32,624 nt of DNA, taken from Candidatus Poseidoniales archaeon (GTDB lineage Archaea; Thermoplasmatota; Poseidoniia; MGIII; CG-Epi1). The DNA lies in assembly GCA_045567855.1 (NCBI GenBank), contig JBJLCC010000037.1, positions 1-32,624 on the forward strand, read 5' to 3'. Below are positions 1 through 9,356 of the stretch, piece by piece; the first letter of the stretch is position 1, and every line of letters begins with the position of its first letter. Both the position numbers and the translations under genes were made by a program. The notes under the pieces were generated by a model. That model saw only the letters and a list, made by a program, of their open reading frames with translations. It was not told the DNA's origin and did not search any database.

Positions 1-1
1 G

Positions 2-3000
2 ATGGCAATTCTCGTTGTCGCTTTATTTGCACTTAGCAGCTTTTCTGCTATGGTGTCAGCTAGCGATGATGTAGATGAAGAAAAAGAAATAACCTCGGGA
101 ATAACTCTTGGTGAAGCATTAGTCACAGAGTCTGAAGGAGAAATTCAAATTATGAGTGAATCTAATCCAGTCTCAGATTATGACGGCGGAGATCTGCCAA
201 TTGCTGTGAGTATGGCTGAGGGTAAATTTTCTCCAGTCAGGCAAGATTCTGGTGAGGCTAAAGTTCTCCTTATGGATGATGATGCAGAAAACTGGATGTC
301 AGGTCCATGGCTAGAGGCATCACATGTTGCTACTGCATTAAACGATGGTGGCTATTCTTATGATGTTTTCAGAGCTGGAGGTTGGGATGGTGTGACAAAA
401 GAGTTACCATCAGGTAACACAGGTCTATCTATCATTGATGATTATGAAGTTTTACTTTGGTATGGTGGATGGCACAACGGCCTTATTAGTTCTGGTGAGC
501 AAGCAATTGTTGAAGATTATCTAGACGGCGATTGTGGATCTGCAGATACTTTCTGTACAACAAATCGAAACATTATTGTTTTAACGCAGAAGGTTGATTG
601 GTTCGATTCACGCTCAGGTAATTTTGAAAATACGTACATGCATGCTGATACAGTCGGTTCAAGTTACATGGTTGTTGGAGGAACCTCTAACCCGATGAAA
701 GGAGTTTCAGGCTCTATTTTTGAAGGAAAGGAGTTTTCAACTGATACGGCTGGAGTTCATTACCTTGATAGGCCTTGTGGGATTAAACCAACGGGTCCTG
801 AAGCTGTAGGTGCATTTTGGTTTGACCAAAGAAAAGGTGCAGCAGATGGGCATGAATATCACGCAGTTCAGTTTCCATCCGAAACATATGCAGGCACACA
901 AACACACAAATCCTTTTTGTTTGCAGATGAGATAGGTGTCTTTGATAAGAGATCAGATAGAGCTGATTTCTTCGCATCAATTTTATCATGGATGGAAGTT
1001 ACACAAGAAAGTACTAAAAATGTAGACATTGGAATTGGAGGTTTAGATATTCCTAACCATGTCCAGTATTGGAGATCAATTGAAGCTATGGAACCGGTTG
1101 ACATTAGTGTCACAGTAACAAACTTTGGAATGTTACCTCAGAGTAGTACTGCTGTAAAGTTAAAATTAAAGAATCAATTTGGTCAAATTTTATTTGATAG
1201 CACATTTGATACACGTGCTTTCCCTTCTGGCCACCCTATGCACATTGAAGATTCTATGCAAAACGGGGATAGTATTGTCTTTACCTTTAATAAAACGAAC
1301 GACGCACATCAAAGAACATATGATGGTTTAGATCCTAATAAAGCTAGGGATGTTCTCTTTACTAGTGCAGGTATGGATGTTTTGACAGTTCAAGTGTTTC
1401 ATACAGGAGACCAAGGATCTCCAAATGATTTTATTCAGGCCGATGTTGGAGTAGGCAAGTGGATTGATACTTTAGAAGAAGCTGAAGATGAGATTGGAAA
1501 GACAGGAACTTTTGGAGATACTACAGATAATGGAGCCAATAGTTTTGAAGGTCAAAACATGCACAGAACAAGCAGTTATGATTGGAATGCAGATGGCTGT
1601 GGATATTTTGATAATGATGAAGAAACTTGTACTGCTAATAATCATGATGTGAATAAGACAGTTAACTCGGTTTACCACGAAGGTAAATCTTCTTTAGCCA
1701 TGTTTAATACGAGTGGTTGGTACAAAACAGGTGCAAATCCAAATATATGTGAATGGGGAGATGACTCATTGTCTGATTCCAATTGTCCTAAATTTGCTAT
1801 GCAGCCTAATCAAGATGATTACTATGTTTCACCAGCCATGGATTTGAGTGCTATGGAAGAAGTTGTAATCGGTATGCTATTCACAGGCTGTATGGAGTCT
1901 GGTGATTACTTCCGCATGCAAATATCAACAGATGGTGTACAATTTACTAACTTAATCAGTTATTCAGGTTTCTGTCCTGGAGAGGGATCATGGTATTTAT
2001 GGGGAGGTTCAAATCAGAAATATCAAGGATACGTATTAAGTGATAATTACTACGGAACTGATGAAACCGACACAGTATATTTCAGAATTCAAGCTGATGC
2101 AGACGGTGATCAAAATACGGAAGGCAGCAGGCCTTACGCAGGTTGGTTTATTGATGAAATTGTTTTCCGAGGAACTGAGAAAATTACCAGAGATGTGGCT
2201 GTCGGTGATGTCACCGTTGATAAAGATTTTGAAGTAAAGCCTGGTGGTGATTCATTATGGAGAGAAGCTAATGCAACAATAATCAACGCAGGTGAAACTT
2301 CATGGACAAGTTTGGGAGTAAGATTTACTGTAAGTAATTTGCAGGGTGAAGATGTTACCGATTTCTTAGATATGAGTGAAGGAACTATAAGTACATTAGA
2401 TGGTAATTCAATTTATGGAGACATAACTAAGAATGCAGATCAAAAAGATCTATTTACTGAGTTTAGGTGTCCAGGTGCAAATACTTACTTTTTAACAGTA
2501 GATGTTATTGTTCCATCAGGTAAAGATTTCTTCCCATGGAATAATTCCAAAACAGTATCATTCCGTGTGTTTGACAATTTCTTTTCAGATGACTTCGATA
2601 CGGGAGATAGATCAGACTATGAGTATACAGAAGTTGGACGGTTAGATACAGGCAGTCAATATAACCGATGGTTAATCCGTTCTGAAGGAAATAACGCTTA
2701 CAGCGGTCAATATGTGCTCCAGTATGCTAAGGAAGGAACTCATAATGATAATACTCCGACTACAATAGGTGGCCGTGACGACAGTTACATTACGCAAGAT
2801 CAGTATGATCGTGATGGTGAGGGTAGCAAGTGGCAACCTGATGTTAACGTAGATCTTCGAGCAGCTTTCAAGCCTTTAATTATGTACGCAATTAAATGGG
2901 ATTTGGCAGCAGGAGATAGGCTTGAAGTTCGAGCATCAACAGACTTTGATAGTGCACAAAAAATTGGTGGAACTGAAACCTGGACTGTTGTTAAGACTTA

Positions 3001-5278
3001 TGAAAATAATTGTGCCTGTCCGATGTTTAGTGAAGATAAAACTACTTGGATTTTGGAAGAATTGAGTCTTGAAGCCTTTGAAGGTTATCAAACTTGGATT
3101 GACTTCAGGGTAGTCACTGCTAACGGCGGAGGACAAGGAGTTCTTATCGATGATATAGCAGTGATTGGTAATGAATACAGAAATAATGTGGACATCGTAG
3201 ATGTTGATACTGTTAGGTATTCAGCATCAGGAGAAGAACATGATCTATCCGTTACTGTTAGAGGCATTGGTCTTGAAGATCAAAGTGGAGTTACAGTTGC
3301 AGCCAGGATTACTGATTCTAACGGCCTTCGTGTATGGCCAGCAGATAGAACATTTAATTTCTTTACAATTCCCGTTTCTCTTGCTAAAGGTGAAGATTTC
3401 ACAGTTGACCCTGATACAGCTGGAAGTGACTGGAAGTGGGGCTCAGATTTAGCTCCAGGAATTTACAGAATGCACATTCAAGCTTTGAGAGATGATAATG
3501 TTCAAGTACCTGATGAAAGTCCAGCTAATAACTTCAAAACAATAACTTTAGTTTTAGGTGCAGCTTTGCTTACTGGTGAACAGTGGACAATGGGAGATGG
3601 CTGGAGCGCAGGTTCCTACATATGGGATGGTTCAGATGATGGTTCCCTGACTTCTGAATTCTTCACAGTTTGGAATAGTAGGCCATTTTTGGTTGTTGAA
3701 GCTGAATATGAGTTAATTGATGCCAGCGTCAAAGCACAAGTGAGAGCAGGTAACACCGGACCTTGGTATGATGTTAAATGGCGAGCTGCAGATCAGTTGG
3801 CTTCTTTATACTCTATACCTTCAGCTAACTATACCCAGTTACCTTTGGCTTGGGAAGGTAGCAGTGCATTTGATAACTCAACTGCCCAGACTTTCTTTGC
3901 AGATTTAGGTGCAGTTGAAGAATTAGGGGATGGTTCAGGAAGTCTTCAAGATGCTTACATTGGAAGTGATATGCAAATTCGTTTGACTGGATACAGATCA
4001 GGTCCTAGTGCCTCAGGAATGTTCAAGGCATATTATCCATCAGTATTCGGTTTGGATGATTACTCAGTAGATTTGAAAGATATATCTCCTAAGACCCAGA
4101 ATGGTGAACCTTCATCTCTAACAGGAGACACTGTAAGTAGAACATATACCGTAAAAGTCAATAACTTTGGTGCTGCATCAGATTCTGGTGTTGTGGACTT
4201 TGTTTTGACTGCACCAGATAATTCCTTTGTTGAATTGTATGATGGAACTATGGCAATTATGGATTCTGTACTTCAAACAGGTAGAGACACTTATGTCGCA
4301 ATTAAGCCAATAAGTGGATCATGGGGTAACGGAAGAGATGACTTGTCCGGCGGTGATCAGACTGCATACATTAACTCAGATGGTCAAATAGGTTGGCCTA
4401 GTGGAAATGTGGACACCGGTCAACCAACTGGATGGGAAATAAGTAATCCTACTAAGACTTCGTGGAACTCTGTAGATGGAAAGCCTATGGAACCTAGTGC
4501 AGCTAATTTTGTAAGTCCAGGTCAAGTAATGACAGTAAATATTGATGTAAGTATAGGATATGCTCAATGGGCGCCTCCAGGTACTTACAGTATACAAGCT
4601 GATGCAAGATCTTGGTCCGACTACGACAACACTTTCACGAGTGGAGATTCTGATGGTCAAGCAACCATGATAATTGCAAAACCAGACCTTTCAATAGGTA
4701 GTGATGTAAGATATATTTCACACGCAACAGGTTACGGAGAATCAGGTGCAGGTTGGGTTAAGAAGACAGGATGTGTTAACAACCCAGCAGCTAATAACCC
4801 ATGTGAAACCGATGAATACTTCAGATTCATGTTCCAAGTAGAAAATACAGGAACTGAGACTGTAGGTACATTTAGAGTAGGTCTTCTTGATTTCGAAAGT
4901 AATCCACTTGGAGTACAAGTTGGTCTTTATTGGACTAGCTCAGGTTGGGCTATAGACAATACGAAGACGACAGCATATGGAGCTGAGATTGTACAATTAG
5001 GTAATAAGAAATATATTGCTTTCGGAGCATTAGCAAGTGAGTTAGGTATGTCTGCAGGTCCTGGTGATGATAGTACGGGATCTTATGACTTCTATCTTGC
5101 AGTTGATACAGAGGATACAGTTTCTGAATCCAACGAAAACAACAACAGATATCCTGTAACAGTTACAGCTGTCAAAGAAGTGAACACAGTTCCTTCCTTT
5201 GGATTGTCGTTGTTAAGTATGTCAATTAGCGGTCTCTTGGCTGCAATTGGAATTGCTCTAAGGCAAAAAGAAGAATAA
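2..5278 (+). CDS. Very large secreted/cell-surface multidomain protein with CARDB/Ig-like modules and a C-terminal membrane anchor; true start may lie upstream of the window
   Basis: 1758-aa ORF. Hydrophobic N-terminal signal-peptide core lacking a basic n-region. Acidic, Gly/Ser/Thr-rich. CARDB-like signature PDLSI...AVDTEDTVSESNENNN. C-terminus VPSFG + hydrophobic helix + RQKEE. Confidence 0.8.
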   Translation: MAILVVALFALSSFSAMVSASDDVDEEKEITSGITLGEALVTESEGEIQIMSESNPVSDYDGGDLPIAVSMAEGKFSPVRQDSGEAKVLLMDDDAENWMSGPWLEASHVATALNDGGYSYDVFRAGGWDGVTKELPSGNTGLSIIDDYEVLLWYGGWHNGLISSGEQAIVEDYLDGDCGSADTFCTTNRNIIVLTQKVDWFDSRSGNFENTYMHADTVGSSYMVVGGTSNPMKGVSGSIFEGKEFSTDTAGVHYLDRPCGIKPTGPEAVGAFWFDQRKGAADGHEYHAVQFPSETYAGTQTHKSFLFADEIGVFDKRSDRADFFASILSWMEVTQESTKNVDIGIGGLDIPNHVQYWRSIEAMEPVDISVTVTNFGMLPQSSTAVKLKLKNQFGQILFDSTFDTRAFPSGHPMHIEDSMQNGDSIVFTFNKTNDAHQRTYDGLDPNKARDVLFTSAGMDVLTVQVFHTGDQGSPNDFIQADVGVGKWIDTLEEAEDEIGKTGTFGDTTDNGANSFEGQNMHRTSSYDWNADGCGYFDNDEETCTANNHDVNKTVNSVYHEGKSSLAMFNTSGWYKTGANPNICEWGDDSLSDSNCPKFAMQPNQDDYYVSPAMDLSAMEEVVIGMLFTGCMESGDYFRMQISTDGVQFTNLISYSGFCPGEGSWYLWGGSNQKYQGYVLSDNYYGTDETDTVYFRIQADADGDQNTEGSRPYAGWFIDEIVFRGTEKITRDVAVGDVTVDKDFEVKPGGDSLWREANATIINAGETSWTSLGVRFTVSNLQGEDVTDFLDMSEGTISTLDGNSIYGDITKNADQKDLFTEFRCPGANTYFLTVDVIVPSGKDFFPWNNSKTVSFRVFDNFFSDDFDTGDRSDYEYTEVGRLDTGSQYNRWLIRSEGNNAYSGQYVLQYAKEGTHNDNTPTTIGGRDDSYITQDQYDRDGEGSKWQPDVNVDLRAAFKPLIMYAIKWDLAAGDRLEVRASTDFDSAQKIGGTETWTVVKTYENNCACPMFSEDKTTWILEELSLEAFEGYQTWIDFRVVTANGGGQGVLIDDIAVIGNEYRNNVDIVDVDTVRYSASGEEHDLSVTVRGIGLEDQSGVTVAARITDSNGLRVWPADRTFNFFTIPVSLAKGEDFTVDPDTAGSDWKWGSDLAPGIYRMHIQALRDDNVQVPDESPANNFKTITLVLGAALLTGEQWTMGDGWSAGSYIWDGSDDGSLTSEFFTVWNSRPFLVVEAEYELIDASVKAQVRAGNTGPWYDVKWRAADQLASLYSIPSANYTQLPLAWEGSSAFDNSTAQTFFADLGAVEELGDGSGSLQDAYIGSDMQIRLTGYRSGPSASGMFKAYYPSVFGLDDYSVDLKDISPKTQNGEPSSLTGDTVSRTYTVKVNNFGAASDSGVVDFVLTAPDNSFVELYDGTMAIMDSVLQTGRDTYVAIKPISGSWGNGRDDLSGGDQTAYINSDGQIGWPSGNVDTGQPTGWEISNPTKTSWNSVDGKPMEPSAANFVSPGQVMTVNIDVSIGYAQWAPPGTYSIQADARSWSDYDNTFTSGDSDGQATMIIAKPDLSIGSDVRYISHATGYGESGAGWVKKTGCVNNPAANNPCETDEYFRFMFQVENTGTETVGTFRVGLLDFESNPLGVQVGLYWTSSGWAIDNTKTTAYGAEIVQLGNKKYIAFGALASELGMSAGPGDDSTGSYDFYLAVDTEDTVSESNENNNRYPVTVTAVKEVNTVPSFGLSLLSMSISGLLAAIGIALRQKEE

Positions 5279-5293
5279 GGAATTAGTAAAATA

Positions 5294-5324
5294 GTAGTAA
5301 GGGAAGCTTGCTTCCCTTATCTAC
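5294..5324 (+). terminator. Strong hairpin downstream of the surface-protein gene (terminator or 3' stability element)
   Basis: GTAG-TAAGGGAAG-CTTG-CTTCCCTTA-T-CTAC: perfect 9-bp stem, CUUG loop, plus 4 bp beyond a 1-nt bulge; lies between convergent genes. Confidence 0.6.
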
Positions 5325-5364
5325 AATTATGTGTCTGTAATTCATAGCGTAAGCTAGATTTACA

Positions 5365-6294
5365 TTATGCAATAAAAGTATTAAATTCCCTGCAGAATAT
5401 GCAAGGTTCAGAACTTCCAGACGGTTCGCCGCATTTCGGACATGGAGTCAAGTCTTCGGGTTTTAGCATATTTTCTCTTATCTTTTCCATTCCATTAACT
5501 AAAGAATGCCTTGTTCCAGGTTGTTCCTTTTCTAATTTCATTAAAAGGTCCCTAAATGTATTCCTTTGGGCACCTCCAGAATGGGGGCAGTCGCCATCGT
5601 GAATTTCCATTTCTTTTAAGATTGAATAAAGATAAACCTCTTGTTCAGGAAGTCTTCGTAAAGGTAGTAAACGTGGAACAAATCCCTTTTGTACAAATTT
5701 ATGGGGTGCCATTCTAGATAATCTTGCAATATCGCCTCTAGCGTGGTTCATTAAAACAGTCTGTGCAAAATCATCAAGGTTATGTCCAAGGATCAAGCAA
5801 TCAACATTACTTCGCTTAGCCATCTGATTTAGGGACCTTCTTCTTAAAATACCGCAAGGTGAACAGGGAGAACCTTGAGGCGGTTTTTCAATCAAAAGTT
5901 CACCTAACGTTACTCCAATCAATTCTTTATATGAAAATATTTCTAATTCTATTCCTAGCTTATCACATTCATATGCTGCGCAATCTAATGATTTTGATCT
6001 GTAATTTGCAATTCCTTCGTCAACTGAAAGTCCAATTATATCAATATTTCTTTCACCAATATAAGATTTTAAAATATGCAGAGCTACGGTTGAATCCTTG
6101 CCACCTGAGAGGCCAATTCCTATTTTCTTAATTTGAATATTAGAATTTTTTATTAATAGATTAACTTGTTTTCGTAATTCTTTATTAGCATTCTTTTCAA
6201 ATGACTTAAAAAAACAGGATTTACACAATATTTCTCCGGAATATCGTCTACTTATGACTGGATCTTCCTTGCAATGATTGCAACCCATAAACAA
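5365..6294 (-). CDS. tRNA 2-thiolation enzyme, TtuA/NcsA/Ctu1 family (PP-loop ATPase)
   Basis: N-terminal CNHC...CKSC Zn site, SGGKDS PP-loop, CSPC, GHNLDD, CP, and C-terminal CPKC...CIFC. Confidence 0.9.
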   Translation of the reverse strand: MFMGCNHCKEDPVISRRYSGEILCKSCFFKSFEKNANKELRKQVNLLIKNSNIQIKKIGIGLSGGKDSTVALHILKSYIGERNIDIIGLSVDEGIANYRSKSLDCAAYECDKLGIELEIFSYKELIGVTLGELLIEKPPQGSPCSPCGILRRRSLNQMAKRSNVDCLILGHNLDDFAQTVLMNHARGDIARLSRMAPHKFVQKGFVPRLLPLRRLPEQEVYLYSILKEMEIHDGDCPHSGGAQRNTFRDLLMKLEKEQPGTRHSLVNGMEKIRENMLKPEDLTPCPKCGEPSGSSEPCIFCREFNTFIA

Positions 6295-6334
6295 TTATAA
6301 ACTATACTTTATAATAATTAAATGGCACCGAAAG

Positions 6335-6417
6335 TATGACACATAGTTGTCGCAGTTTTTGATTATTATTTTAAATTATGACGCATTAAAAGCGTCAAAA
6401 AGCATTAAGTTTATATA
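6335..6417 (+). promoter_or_regulatory. Promoter of the RHH-ftsZ operon with candidate operator repeats
   Basis: TATA-like TTTATATA at 6410-6417, ending 25 nt before ATG 6442. Inverted repeat TGACGC-N7-GCGTCA at 6379-6397. Direct repeat TATGAC(A/G)CAT at 6335 and 6377. Confidence 0.5.
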
Positions 6418-6441
6418 CTAGCTTGATTAGTTTGATGCAAC

Positions 6442-6837
6442 ATGGCCCCACTAGGACCTCTAACTTCTAAGAGATTGACTGTACGTTTAGATCCTGAAAG
6501 GGCCGCTAGAATTGAGTATTGGGCTTCCGAAAATCCTTTGAGAATTAAATCATATAATCAATTGGTCCAAGAAGCTCTTGATGAATATATCGATCGTAAT
6601 ACTCCCTCACCTAATGAAAAGATTCTCAATGTCAAAATACCTGAGAATACTAGTACAAGACTGCAAGCATTGCAAGATCATGGCTTTGGTTCTACAGACC
6701 ATATTGTTACAGAAGCTATTTCGAGCTATGCAATTACTAAATTAAAAGAACAAAAAGACTTTGAGTTTTTGGATAATGAGGCTAAAATGATGACAAATCG
6801 TCGAAAGATGGTTTTTTCAGATTATGGACGTGAATAA
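6442..6837 (+). CDS. Ribbon-helix-helix transcription regulator, CdrS-like by context, with two RHH modules
   Basis: RLTVRLDPERAARIE...SYNQLVQEALDEYI and ILNVKIPENTSTRLQAL...STDHIVTEAISSY each fit the RHH strand-helix-helix pattern; ends 2 nt upstream of ftsZ. Confidence 0.7.
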   Translation: MAPLGPLTSKRLTVRLDPERAARIEYWASENPLRIKSYNQLVQEALDEYIDRNTPSPNEKILNVKIPENTSTRLQALQDHGFGSTDHIVTEAISSYAITKLKEQKDFEFLDNEAKMMTNRRKMVFSDYGRE

Positions 6838-6839
6838 AA

Positions 6840-7886
6840 ATGATGGAAAGATTAGAAAGTTTTGATAGCAGTGACCTGATGGAATTTGTTACAGCTCCCC
6901 AAGTTAAATTAATTGGTACAGGAGGAGCCGGAAACAATATTCTAGATAGGCTGTATAGTAGGAGAGTTAAGGGTGTTGAAACAATTGCCTTGAACACAGA
7001 TGCTAACCATTTGAGTAAAAGTAAGGCTCATGTAAGAAAGGTAATTGGTGCTAAGATTACAGAGGGTAGAGGTGCAGGTGGCGATCCTTATATTGGTAAA
7101 AGATGTGCAGAAGATGATGAAGAGTCTATAAGAGATAAATTGAGTGGTGGAGATATTATATTCATTATAGCTGGAATGGGTGGAGGTACTGGAACAGGTA
7201 GCGCTCCAGTTATTGCCAAATACGCTAAAGAGACTGATGCGGTTGTAGTTGGTGTAGCTATTCTGCCATTCAAAGAAGAGGGTTCACCTAGGCGCAAGAT
7301 TGCCTTAGAAGGTTTATCAGAGCTAAAGAAGAATTGTGATTGCGTCATTGAGCTTGATAATGAGAAATTGAATGAGTTAACTGGAGGGGACTATCCTATT
7401 CAGAAAGCTTTTAGTGTAATGTCAGATTTAGTTTCTGGAATTGTTCAATCTTTATCTGAAGTAGTAACAGAGCCTTCCATGATAAATGTAGATTTCGCAG
7501 ACTTGAAAAAAATCATTGAGGCTGGAGGTACAGCCAAAGTGCTATACGGTGAATCCGATGGTTCCGATCCGGGTAGCGTTTTAGATTCCGTACTAGGCAA
7601 TCCTCTCTTGGGTAATAATTACAAGGGGGCAGAAGCTGTTCTTTTGCACATAGCTGCAGGTAGCGAATTTGCTATGAGTGATTGTCACGAAGTGTTGTCA
7701 GCTCTCAAGTATGATTTGGCTGAAGATGCCAATCTAATTTGGGGCCTTAGAACGGATGATACAATGTCAACTAGAGTTAAGGTAGTTATGCTTGTTTCAG
7801 CCATTCCAGAGAGTGAGCATGATTTGAGTACTGAAACTGATGATGAATTGAATTCTCTTGGTTCTTCAGTTCCAATGATTAACTAA
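6840..7886 (+). CDS. ftsZ: Cell division protein FtsZ (FtsZ2-like by context)
   Basis: GTGGAGNN, LNTD, GAGGDP, AGMGGGTGTG signature, PFKEEG, T7 loop INVDFAD. Confidence 0.97.
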   Translation: MMERLESFDSSDLMEFVTAPQVKLIGTGGAGNNILDRLYSRRVKGVETIALNTDANHLSKSKAHVRKVIGAKITEGRGAGGDPYIGKRCAEDDEESIRDKLSGGDIIFIIAGMGGGTGTGSAPVIAKYAKETDAVVVGVAILPFKEEGSPRRKIALEGLSELKKNCDCVIELDNEKLNELTGGDYPIQKAFSVMSDLVSGIVQSLSEVVTEPSMINVDFADLKKIIEAGGTAKVLYGESDGSDPGSVLDSVLGNPLLGNNYKGAEAVLLHIAAGSEFAMSDCHEVLSALKYDLAEDANLIWGLRTDDTMSTRVKVVMLVSAIPESEHDLSTETDDELNSLGSSVPMIN

Positions 7887-8427
7887 ATTCTTTATCAATG
7901 TCATAGAGTCTAAACGCAGATAGTACTAAGCTGTGTCTTATATTACCTTCATTGATATGCTTTTGAACATTTCTCTGACTAACAATTTCAACTTCGATAT
8001 CTTCTCCGGGGTCCAAATTTTGAGTGTCGACTTTTTCACAATTTTGAATTAAAATAGTGTGACATTTATTAGTTTGAAAAGCAGGATTGGGGTCTACATA
8101 TCCTAAATATTTAGGATCGATTCCAGCGTATCCAGTTTCTTCCTTAAGCTCTCTTACTCCCGCTTCAATTGGAGATTCGCCTTTTTCTATGGTTCCGCCA
8201 GGTATTTCTAATTCAAATTTTGAGGTTCCAAATCTATACTGTTTAACCATCACAAGCATTTGATCGGCAGTTACAGCAATAATATTAATCCAATCAGACC
8301 CATCTAATAGAACAAATTGGTGATGTCTACCAGTTCTCGGAGACTCGGCAGTTACCTCGCGCAAGTTAAATATTCTGAAATCTCCAGCCATTCTTTCAGA
8401 AATTGTTTTCCACTTTTTACTATTCAA
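7879..8427 (-). CDS. NUDIX hydrolase (ADP-ribose pyrophosphatase-like)
   Basis: Nudix box GGTIEKGESPIEAGVRELKEETG; QYRF...LEIPGG. Confidence 0.9.
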   Translation of the reverse strand: MNSKKWKTISERMAGDFRIFNLREVTAESPRTGRHHQFVLLDGSDWINIIAVTADQMLVMVKQYRFGTSKFELEIPGGTIEKGESPIEAGVRELKEETGYAGIDPKYLGYVDPNPAFQTNKCHTILIQNCEKVDTQNLDPGEDIEVEIVSQRNVQKHINEGNIRHSLVLSAFRLYDIDKEFS

Positions 8428-9320
8428 TTAATATTTACCATTTCAATTATAAAAATTAAATCCTCACCTGCTAAATCATGTCCCCCAGTTTCTCCATAAG
8501 CATCTTTGGCAGGTATTCTAACAGCTAAAGTTTGTCCCTCATACATTTCGACCATCTTATTATCAAAACCTGCTATCATTTGCCTACTACCGTTACAATT
8601 TTCGGAAGGATTTCCCTCTCCAAGACAACCTATGTTTGAAGCAGTTAACGGAGAATATCTGTTACTATCCGTTGTTCCATCTTTTCTATGTGGGTAATTT
8701 TTCCAAACATATTCCATGCTACTATCAAATAATTTAGCATCACTAGCTAAAATTCCAGTATAGTGAGCGTCTACGTTGTTACCTATTTTAGTTATATTGC
8801 CAAAATTATAGTCAGTATTTACATTCAATTTTACTTCGGCGCTCTTAGTGGGGTCACCGCCAGATGTAACTTCCAAATATGCATAAAGTAATCCTTCAGC
8901 CGAAGATGAAGTCTTAATGTTAATGATCATAGGCTTTTGGGTATCTTTGCCGAGAATCATAGTCCCAAATCCGTTCTCAATGCCAATAGTAAATCCCCCA
9001 TCATTCGACTTTGTAGAAATAGTGAAAGTATCTTTGACTGAGCCTGTGTTTCTGACCAGTAGCACGAAATCAGTTTCGCCCCCAGGTTCTGCATTATGAT
9101 TATTTGTAACAAGTTCAGCTTCTACACCATATGTAGGATTTAGTACAGTATCTTCGGTTTCTATCATCGAAGTTAAGTATAAACCACTACCAATCAAAAT
9201 AACAACAAGAAGTAAGGCAATGAGCGCGGGCTTTGAATCCGGTCTTGAAGAATCCAGCTTTCCGTCACGATAATTTGTGGGAGGTTTGGCTTTTTTATTT
9301 CGTCTTGCCCTTTTTGCCAT
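8424..9320 (-). CDS. Membrane-anchored FKBP-type peptidyl-prolyl isomerase with an Ig-like middle domain
   Basis: Basic N-terminus, one TM helix (ALIALLLVVILIGSGLYL), beta-rich domain (VRNTGSVKDTF), FKBP motifs HYTG...LFDSS, MIAGFD, IPAKDAYG, LIFIIE. Confidence 0.8.
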   Translation of the reverse strand: MAKRARRNKKAKPPTNYRDGKLDSSRPDSKPALIALLLVVILIGSGLYLTSMIETEDTVLNPTYGVEAELVTNNHNAEPGGETDFVLLVRNTGSVKDTFTISTKSNDGGFTIGIENGFGTMILGKDTQKPMIINIKTSSSAEGLLYAYLEVTSGGDPTKSAEVKLNVNTDYNFGNITKIGNNVDAHYTGILASDAKLFDSSMEYVWKNYPHRKDGTTDSNRYSPLTASNIGCLGEGNPSENCNGSRQMIAGFDNKMVEMYEGQTLAVRIPAKDAYGETGGHDLAGEDLIFIIEMVNIN

Positions 9321-9356
9321 GATTTATCTACGAAAATGCCTTAAAAAAGCTGATGG

